Assembly (NCBI GenBank): GCA_964106645.2
Contig: OZ067043.1
Strand: one strand, 5' to 3'
DNA length: 64,000 bases
DNA from: Podarcis pityusensis
Taxonomy: Eukaryota
This document shows, piece by piece, positions 13,649 to 22,818 of the stretch (the first letter of the stretch is position 1; each line of letters begins with the position of its first letter). The notes beneath the pieces are model-generated. The model was not told the DNA's origin, searched no databases, and saw only the letters and a list, made by a program, of their open reading frames with translations. A program made the position numbers and the translations under genes.

Positions 13649-13879
13649 CTCCAAGAAGTCATTGCCCTCATTTTGTAGGATCTTTCCCTGCCTCCAATGC
13701 TTCAGAAACCACTTGAGCTTCATGAAAAGGAGCAAGAAATTTTGCTTGAACTGCTGGGATTCCTGCACCAGAAGGTTCTTCTCCTGGCTCCAGAACTTTT
13801 GCTCCAGTCTCCTCTGTAGGTTCAGGCTCTGCAGCTCAAATTCTCGCCTCAAGAGGGCCTTCTGGTGATCTTCCTTCAA
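13649..13879 (-). CDS. MTCL2: MTCL2/SOGA1 exon G (231 nt, 77 aa: LKEDHQKALLRREFELQSL...GNDFLE)
   Basis: Acceptor tctgtcAG|TTG, donor GAG|GTATGG; SOGA1-like FLLLFMKLKWFLKHWRQGK. Confidence 0.96.
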
Positions 13880-14549
13880 CTGACAGAGAATGGGAAGAGA
13901 TGGAAAGTAGGTTTGTTAAATGGAGTGAAGTAACAGGGTGAGTACACCAAAATAATCAAGGATTGCTGAGCAAAGAGGAGACACAGGCATTCACATCCTT
14001 TTAAAAAGAATTTTCACATCCACACAAGTTCACTTTAGCTGCTCAGTTTTGGGGCTATGACTAGTTTTAGGGGGGAATGAGTATTTTGGAAAGGACCAGG
14101 ATGGTAGCAGACAGAGAAAGGATAAAAGCACCATTGGTTTATGAGCACATGTCAGGGGTTACATCAATGAAAAACCACAAAGATGGCTTTTGGGCTAGGA
14201 CATAGTTATCATCATCCCCATCTCAAACTTCCAACTCAGTAAATGTCTTGAGCTTTCCACTGACACTTCACATGCTTCCCAAAATTTCTGCAGCTAGAAA
14301 TCCCAGAATTCTGGCGTTGTTACTTTTGTGTTTATCAACTGTATTTCCCAGGGAGCTGCAATTCATGCCTGTTGCCTAAATACAATACTCGCAGGTAAAA
14401 TACATCCAGAGGCCTGACTAATAACTCCCGTGAATGGCCTTTTGCCACAATATTTTACTGGCACTTGTTGCTGTAGCTGATGCATCTGGGCAAACAGCTA
14501 AGTTCCAGACATGACTAGAGGATTCTAGTGATTGCCATTCATCACTCAG

Positions 14550-14930
14550 AATGAAGTAGGCAAGAGAGCAAGAAGAACCTTGCTGAATCAGGTTGAAGGC
14601 CCATCTAGTCCAGCACTCTATTTTCACTGTGGCTAAACAGATGCCTATGGGAAGCAGAACCTCAGGACAACAGCACTCTCTCCACCTGGGATCCCCAGCA
14701 ACAGAAGTATTTAGCCTCCAGGAGTGGAAGCAGAACACAGACTTCATGCCTAGTAACCATTAATAACTCAATTTTCCATGGATTTCTCTAGTAGTATTTT
14801 AAGCTCATCCAAATTGACAGCCATCATTATAACCAACAGAAGCAAATTCCACGATTTAACTATGTGGGCTGTGCAAAGAAGTACTTTCTTTTGTCTGTTC
14901 TGAATCTTCCAACATCCAGCTTCTAAGTTT
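14550..14930 (-). mobile_element. Degraded CR1-like LINE 3' fragment
   Basis: Minus frame KIQNRQKKVLLCTAHIVKSWNLL..MAVNLDELKILLEKSME resembles a decayed CR1 ORF2 C-terminus; related sequence near 28380-28610 and 55540-55950. Boundaries approximate. Confidence 0.6.
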
Positions 14931-15299
14931 GGGAGAGATTTGAGAGACAGAAGAGGTCTCACAAAGAATGGCTATCTTTATATGGAAGCTAGAGAACCCA
15001 TAGCTGACTCCACCAATTCTGCTTGGCTGCTAGAGGACTGCCGAGTTCAGGTTTGTTTTCAGAGCGTGCTTGTTATGGATAATGTACTCTCAGCATGTTG
15101 AGGGGTCATATGGAAGCATTTGCCTCTTTCCTGGCAGCCAAACAAGGTAGCAGCTGCTTTGTGCTTTCATTCAATGCTGAACTAGGATGTGCCTGAAGTA
15201 ATGGGAGGGATTAAGCCCTGTGCCTTTAGTCCCTCCTGTACTCTTGTTGCATGTCTCATCTTCTGGCCTGGAGAGTGGCTCCAGGCAAATCTCACTGAC

Positions 15300-15425
15300 C
15301 TGGAAGATTTTCTGGGTGAAGTTCTCTGCTTCCTCTTTCCTCAGTTGCCTCTCCTGGGAGAGCTGTTCTTGTAGGCCCCTCAAGCTCTCATTAGCCTCTG
15401 AAAGGACCAGTTGCAATTCTTTGAT
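15300..15425 (-). CDS. MTCL2: MTCL2/SOGA1 exon F (126 nt, 42 aa: IKELQLVLSEANESLRGLQEQLSQERQLRKEEAENFTQKIFQ)
   Basis: Acceptor ccccgcAG|ATC, donor CAG|GTCAGT; SOGA1-like sequence. Confidence 0.95.
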
Positions 15426-15514
15426 CTGCGGGGAATAGTTTAATCAAAGCCAACAGTCAGGTATGTCATCCTTGCAAAAAGTAATCTCTCCATGTCTTTT
15501 TTTAAAAAAATATT

Positions 15515-15520
15515 TTTATT
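15515..15520 (-). promoter_or_regulatory. Candidate intronic polyadenylation signal AATAAA for the short isoform
   Basis: Plus tttatt gives sense AATAAA, about 600 nt downstream of the TAG at 16117, followed by an A/T-rich stretch. Motif evidence only. Confidence 0.35.
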
Positions 15521-15849
15521 AAAGGCCCATGGAAGAACAGCCAACTTCTTGAAGGGAGTGACCTTGGCCTGTATGTAACACCCTGTTGTCATGGTGAGGA
15601 AGCTCCAATCTGTAGGTCAAGTTAGGCCCATTAGGCTATTTCCCGAGTCTCCAGCCACGTCCACCTGTTTCTCACTTGTCATGCGACATTGGGATAGGTA
15701 ACACAAGATTTGTATATGGGCCATGCCATTCTTTTTCTCATCCACATGAAATGTGTTGATCTAGTATTTCTGAAGTCAACTTATTCTCCCCAGAGTCTCC
15801 AGCCTTCTTGTCTCCCTTTAGGAACATAATCCTATACTTTGACACCTAC

Positions 15850-16023
15850 CTCAGACACATAGGAGTCCTTCTCCTCTGGTTGATATGACTTGTAGCTCCT
15901 GTCAAGTTCCATGTTGGGATCCACATCCATGGTGGTGGTGCTGTTGCTGCTGCTACTGCGGTAGAGATCAGAGGTCCTGCTCTCCGTGATGTCCCAGTCG
16001 GGGGGCTCCCTAAAGTCGGACTG
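15850..16023 (-). CDS. MTCL2: MTCL2/SOGA1 exon E (174 nt, 58 aa: QSDFREPPDWD...DSYVSE); tandem CAGCAG acceptor (alternative start 16020)
   Basis: Resembles SOGA1 'DFRDLPEWE...DSYASE' (recalled). Donor GAG|GTAGGT, phase 0/0. Confidence 0.9.
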
Positions 16024-16026
16024 CTG

Positions 16027-16826
16027 CATGCATGGGTAAGTTAATGAGAACAAACCAAAAGAGCAGAAAAGAAAAGAAAAAACAAACAAAACAATGGGTC
16101 TCAGGAACAATAAGAGCTACAAGACAACAAAAAGGATGAAGAGGAGGAGGAACTTCACTACCGTGGCAGAAGACAAAGTGGAAAACAAAAGGAGACACAA
16201 AATGAGCAGACACGTGGGCTGGATTGTTTGGGGAGGGGGGAAAAGAGAGAGAGGGAAAAAATGTGCAAACACCAGTTATGGTGCCATGCAGTGCCTGGGG
16301 TGGGGCTAGTTGAGGGAGGAAGGGGGGGCAGGAGCATGCACAAAAATAGAACTCTGAAAAACTGGAGTGTGCTTCAGGAGGTTGCAACCCTTCCCCAGAT
16401 CCCCTTCCCTTTCTTAGGTCTTACCTTAGATCAGAAGCAGCATGTACCTGGCCTCCTGGCAACAGCAGCAGTACTGTTTACCAGAAGGGATGAACTGGAA
16501 GGGAGCCTGGTACTGTGTGGGCACATTGGTGGCACCAATGTGGTGCTGTTGCCGATGCAGCCCATACAATGCCACTACCTGCAAGCAGTAGCAATTCAAT
16601 TGCCAGGAGGCCAGGTGTGCAGTGATGCTCCACTAGCTGCTGTTGTCCTAGACCAGTCTTCTCCAACTTAGTGTCCCCCAGATGATGATGGACTGCAGCT
16701 GGTACTAAATAATTCTTCAGCAGCAGCTGTAATGTGGTTTCCACTTCTCAAAGCAATCTTCCTCCTGCCTCATGCACACTCCACTAAACCAGAGTCCTAC
16801 CTTGTCACTAGCCACAGTTCCATGCA
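16027..16826 (-). promoter_or_regulatory. Cluster of five RBFOX-type UGCAUG splicing motifs
   Basis: Plus-strand CATGCA (sense TGCATG) at 16027, 16285, 16335, 16771 and 16821, all in one 967-nt intron. Confidence 0.7.
16117..16218 (-). CDS. MTCL2: Candidate alternative terminal coding segment of MTCL2: 33-aa hydrophobic membrane tail PTCLLILCLLLFSTLSSATVVKFLLLFILFVVL*
   Basis: Strong pyrimidine tract (tttttccctctctctcttttcccccctcccc) then aatccAG|CCC. Phase 0, in frame with exon D; TAG at 16119-16117. Similar to the SOGA3 C-terminus as recalled. Confidence 0.75.
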   Translation of the reverse strand, partial: PTCLLILCLLLFSTLSSATVVKFLLLFILFVVL

Positions 16827-16990
16827 GTGAGCCAATTGTTAGTTGTCATTTCAGAAAAGAGAGGCAGAAAAGGGAAGTTACATTAACAGGGCCAGGTTCT
16901 GATTTGTTAAAGCAGGAGAAAACAGCATGGGCAAATAAAGCAATAATCACTGCCAGGAAGTTACTGTTGACATCTCAGGAAAAGCCTCAC

Positions 16991-18220
16991 CTGGAATTCA
17001 GAGCCATGAGCTTTCTGCAGAGCCTCTTTTGTGGAATCCTGGGAGCTGGCGCTTGGCAAGGAGTCCTTCTGGTCTTTCAGGTGGTCTCCAATGTAGTCCA
17101 CCTTCCTCATGAAGGTGTTTAGCTCCTGCTGAAGGACCCCAAGCCTCATCAAAATGGCACTGATCAGCTTAGAGTCAGTCATACTCTCATTATCCATGGC
17201 TTCGCTCAGCACCAGCTCTGCACAGTCATTGTCCATGCAGAGCTTGAGACTGGAGGTGAAGCCATTGGCATCAGAGATCAGGACATCAATGGCTTTGCTG
17301 ACAAGCGCAGCCTGGTCCCTGATGTCAAGGAGGGTCTCAAAGTCCTTGGACTTGAGAAGCCTGCAGGGGCTGCTTTCATGCGACTTGCTAAAGCCATTGC
17401 CAGGTGCTCTCTCCTTGGCATCATTCTCTCCCCCAATGGGCACCTCTCTCCAAAGCGACGTTGGGATGCACTGGGCAGAGTCACCAGCCTCAGCATCCGT
17501 CTCCAGCATGGGCCGAGTGGTTTGGCAGGAAGCAAGGTCACAGCGCTGCAAGTTGGAGAGCAGGACACGGTTCTCATACTGGAGCTTCTTAACCTTGCCA
17601 CTTAGCTCACTGATTTGGACCTTGGCCGTGGCCAGTTCTTCTTGGGAGGTCTCACTAATCACTGAGCAGCTGTCCTCAGACAGAGTGATGTCCAGGTCAT
17701 GGTCTGACTTGTACTTATTGAGCTCATTCATGAGGAGCTTGTTCTGCTCCTCCAACTCCATCAGCGAGCGCCTCAGCAGTTCTGCCTCCTCCTCCACAAA
17801 CTGCAAGTGCCGCCTAAGCTCCACCACACTGTCCCCAGAGTCCCCGCAGTTTGTCATGGAGAAGGCAAACCGGATGTCTTGCCCTAAGAGTTCTTTGTCT
17901 CCTTGGCCCCTCATGTCTTCCATCTCTGCCCTCAGCCCTCGGTTCTCAACCTCAAGCTCTACTATCCTCCGGCTCAAGATGTTGGCTTCTTCCTCTACAA
18001 GCTTCAGGTGGACTTTTAGCTCTGCCTCTCTGGAATGAGGGGAGTCAGCCAGTTCCTCTATGGAGAGGGAGCTCTCCAGGTCCCCATACAAGGATCTGTA
18101 CTTCGTCAGCTCCTCCTTCATACTGTCGTTCTCTTTGGCTAACTTGGTCAGTTTCTTGCACATCAGAGCAGATTCCTCCTTAGCAAAATGCAATTGACAC
18201 TTGAGGTCTGCGCTGTCCTC
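16991..18220 (-). CDS. MTCL2: MTCL2/SOGA1 large exon D (1230 nt, 410 aa; SOGA/DUF3166-type coiled-coil region, EDSADLKCQLHFAKEES...HGSEFQ)
   Basis: 410-codon open frame with SOGA-family motifs (LKVHLKLVEEEANILSRRIVELEVENRGL; LSGKVKKLQYENRVLLSNLQRCDLAS). Acceptor tgctAG|GAG, donor CAG|GTGAGG. Confidence 0.97.
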
Positions 18221-21200
18221 CTAGCATAAAAGAAAGGTACAAACGGTGCAAGCATTACTAAAAACGACACTTTGGGCAGGGTGCTCTGTGCAAAACAGAT
18301 TATCCTTGAGGCTAACCTTTATTATGGCATGACGGCTAAAACTAACAATCCACATACTTGAACTTTGTAACATCTACATCCATGTCACACAGGCATGCCA
18401 AGATGGGGCAAAATCTGCTGGCCATCTTGTTTGTTTCCGGTGATTAACCTCTTTATCTCAATGATCCTGGAATATTGTCTTGCTTCCCTTTTGCTTGAGT
18501 GGAGGAAAGTTTGGTATACCTTATGCTAGGGGTAGCCTATGTGTTGCCTGGCAGATGTAGCTGGACTACAATTCCCATCATCCTTGACCACTGGTTGTGC
18601 TAGCTAGGGCTGAAGGGAATTGGAGTCCAAGAACATCAGGAGGGCACCATGTTGGCTAGCCCTGCCCAATAAGGAACCAGTTCCTTTTACACGAGTACAC
18701 TGTGGTATCAGTTTTACTACCTTTGAAATATACATGTGAGCCTTCCTACACACGCTGCAGATTGATTGTTTCCAGATACAATACAAGATTTGACACTCCT
18801 GCATTAGCTAGTCTGGTCCCTTCTGCCCCCAAGGTAGCCCCCTCAGGAACTTTCCAACATAACTGGCAACAGATTATAGAAAATAGTGTTTCCCTTGCCA
18901 TTCCAGTCCTCAAGGGCAGAATGGTCACACTTTTCAATTTCTAGAAACTTGTCCTTTGGGCTACATTCTGTAGAATATAAACAGAATGAACAAATCTAGT
19001 AATAGAACAGCTTTGCCCTGGGTCCACAGTGCTGCACATCTCTAAGTTAGCTTAAACTCTGACACACAAAGACTGCATTTTTAGGCTGTACAATTTACAT
19101 CTAATCTGTGGTACTGTTTGCAAGAAAAAATAAAATAAGGCTTATTTTGTCTGTGGATTAAAAGTGCCAGCTCAAACACAAGGGGTTTTTTATTGGTATG
19201 GCTCCGAACAAAGAAAGCCTTGTCACAGAACTCCTTAAGTATTTGGTCTTTCCTGAAGTTCAATAACTGAGGGGAGATGAGAGGGGAATAAGATTGAGCC
19301 CCCAACTCCAAAATTGGGGTGGAGAAGACTTGTCACTCCCCAAGTAGATCACCCTGCCTCATATTACTATCATGTGAAAATGCATATGCTGTGTACTCCC
19401 ATGTGTGTTTGCTCAGAACAAAGCCCCACTATGCTCAGCTGAACTTACTGCTAGTTTGGAGTTTGGGGCTACAATTCTAAACAGATCCTTAAAAGAGCCC
19501 AGCTGTCTAAGACGAACACAGGCCAAAGGAACACCACTCCCACCAGGAGAAGAGAGATTCATCTCTCCCATAATTTTGAAGATTTGAATCTTACACAGAT
19601 GAAGATTCTGCGCTTAACCCAGAATGAAGAGGGTGGTTTGCTAGGGAAGGAGAGACAGTCAGTCTGATGGACCAATCTGAATAATTTTAAACATATACTT
19701 TTGATATATTCACCAACAAAATACTAAAAGAAATACACCCTCCACCCAAAAGTAAAGAATTGATCAGCTATTAAAAAGAACAATTGTATCCATACAAAGA
19801 GAAATACTATAAATGAGACTCAAATGATCCAGAATCACCCACATTCTGGATAATCTATTTTGCATATGTGATATTTCCAGAGCTGTACTACTAATTTTTA
19901 ATTGACTATATTGGGTTCTGAGGGCGTGAAGTACAGGACTTTGAGAACCAGAGATTATCTGAACCAGAGATGATCTGAAGCATTGTATCTGAAGCAGATA
20001 CAATGTATCCTTTTCCATAACATTATATTATCTCCAGTCCCCAAACTGCAAATGAACTGATCCATCACTGTCTACAACACACAGTATTTTCTTCCTACCC
20101 CCTTCTTAATTTTCCTTTCCTTAAGATTTCAGTAATTGCCCCGAGAGTCACACTAAATATGATGTGTGTGATCTGTGATTGGATCTCCCAATGCCTTTTT
20201 GTTTTCCTAAAATAAGCCACAGGGGATTATTTGGATTTGGACAATTGCACTTGGGGTGGGGGAATTGAGAGTTTAACACTTTGCCCATCAACTGTTTCCC
20301 CAAGGGGAATCCTTCCTCTCCAAGCTGCAATTAGCTGCAAAGAAAAAGAAAAATCAGGTAGCTCTATGCACCCTTCAGAACTAACAACCAGTTTGCCGAA
20401 GGTTCAGTAATGGAAAGGTTTAGTCATGCTCCAGGTTTCAAGAGAAGGAAAAAATTCTAAGGAGTCAGCTTGCAATTGGTTACTGATTTAGCAAACAGAA
20501 GAGAGCTGATCAAATTCCAAAGTATCTAATTCTCCATCTATCCTAGCATCATCTTCAAGTCTCCCACCAAATGCTTATGTTCACAGGATCACAAAAAAAC
20601 ATGATGCCTTTAGTACTAAGTGGCAAAGTCAGGACAGCCTGTTCAATACAATTTTTTTAATGCATGTTTGAATCAACTCTAAGATTATGTAGGACCACTG
20701 GGGGAGGGTTGAAGTGGGTAAGGTTAAGGAAACAGAACCTTTTTGACTTTTCTATGTCTTACGAGGGCTTGATCCTAAATAAACCCCACAGATGAAACCA
20801 AGGCACGATTTTTGTATGTGTGAATTCCCCTCAAAGGCGGAGCAACATGCTGAAACAGAGGAAAACATTTCCCTTTTGAAAGGCCCCATGACATGGCAGG
20901 GAAGGAGGAAGTCAGCTTTTACAGTTGGGAGTGTGTTTCTGGCTCATTCCAAAAGAGAGCCAAATAACTGTGACTAAAGCCCTGTCTACACATTGCTAAC
21001 GGTTGAATCTGTTCTCTTCCCTGCAAAAGACAAGGGCGGAGAGAAATCCCCGCTCTGCTCTCCCAGATCTCCCAATGCCTCCCCCCCCCCCCACAACCCC
21101 CGCCCTCCAAACCGTTAGGAAATACTATACAGTTTGGAGACTTATTTGCTCAAATTCCCTGTGGAACTCTGAGGATTTGAATTTTCCCCTCAAGGAATAT

Positions 21201-22784
21201 TACCTCATAAGAAATGACTGTTTGGTTATAAAATTAGTTCATTTCCTGTTTCCATAGCTCACTGAGGGAGAAAAAAAACTGACAAATTCCTCCCCAGAAA
21301 AGAAACTCTCTACCAGGCACTCAATGCCTCCTTTCCAGATGGCCAATACAGTGTGAACATTCAGTTACAACGGTCAGGCCTGACATTGCATCAGCCACAG
21401 TTGAAAAAGGCAGCTATTATTAACTCTCTAGAATGTCCTGCATTGTTGTCCTTGCGCATGCAAAAAATTCACTGCACCAGATCCAGGCACAGAAAAATCT
21501 CACATGAAAGAGAAGAAAAGACAGTGACTGTTTATCGTTTGACGCATTCATGTGAGCATTCATGCTGCTTTGGAATTCTAAGCACAGCCTCCACACCAAG
21601 GTTCAATGGAAACCCTGCACAGCAAAGTAACTTACAAAACTTAATGCTTTTGGAGCCTGGTTTTCAAATGCTCGAACATCCCTCAAGGGGTTCAAATGTC
21701 AAGAAGACTTCAGGCTGAGGCCATATGGATGTGGGCATTGTAGCTCTAGTGCTCCCAGTTTGGAGATTTAATACCAAATCAAGGAGTCTGCCCGGCAACG
21801 ATGAATTTTACTACTACTACTAGTAGTAGTAGTAGTAGCCATACAGATTTGTATGGCTTCAGCCTGAAGTCATACAGATTTGAAGAGATGAGCAGGTGAA
21901 TTGATTCACTCCTCTTAAATGCCTTATATGAAAAAACCCTTTTGAAAGGAACTAATTTTCTTCTGAATGTGGGACTCAGAATGCACTGTGGAAGTAAAAC
22001 AGTAACAGTCATGGAAAGCTTTGCTTTTGATTAGGTGATTAAGTGCAGGGGATCTAGGAATCTACACAGTTATGACTGTACATGGAATACGGCTTCTTTG
22101 GTAGTGGGAGGAAAATACCTGTTGTATATGTATTCAACTGTTCCTTCTAACAACAGCTGCTATCTGTTTACCAGGATCTATTTACCCCACCCTTCTTGAA
22201 CATTTATCTCAAGGAAGTTTACAATACAATTTAAAATCCAAAACAAACAACATGAAAGATATCCTATAAAACTCAGGAGTCCAAAAAGAAGGTATGAGTC
22301 AAATGGACAGGGGGACATGGTCCCCTTACAAAGCACAAATTTAATCCTGGTCCCAATCCCATTCTCCACTCTTCTCTCTATATATATCCATATCTTCAAC
22401 AATACTTCTTCATGCCTCCCATCCCTTTCCCTCTTTTTTGGATTTAAAGAAACGTGCAATTTGGCAAACTGCATAAAGCATTTAAATGGAGGTGATTTTT
22501 GAACACTGGCCATATTTGTGTTATTTATTCAAAGAGCATTTTTTTGACATAGAAATCCAAGCACGGAAAGTTTAGCTACAATATTTTACTTGTACTCAGC
22601 AACTGCTAATCTATCAGCCTGGAGCCACCAATTAAACATATGACCACCAGGCATTTGCACAGAGAAGGTAGATGGACCTTGTAATTTTCTGCTAAGATTC
22701 TTTTTCATTTCACACAAATCATATATTTATATGTAGCTAGACGTTTTGCCAAAAAAGGGGGTTGTGCGGAGCATGCTTGCAAAA

Positions 22785-22785
<1 letters not shown>

Positions 22786-22816
<31 letters not shown>
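22786..22816. repeat. (TG)n microsatellite
   Basis: About 15 TG units seen directly. Confidence 0.95.

Positions 22817-22818
<2 letters not shown>

Noticed and set aside
16094-16309. Basic plus-strand ORF (KRMKRRRNF...) resembling an NLS-rich peptide
   Set aside because: It is the reverse complement of the T-rich codons of the hydrophobic tail exon.
17154-18038. 294-aa plus-strand ORF and other plus ORFs over exon D
   Set aside because: Antisense shadow of a coiled-coil exon; S/L-rich and not recognisable as a protein.
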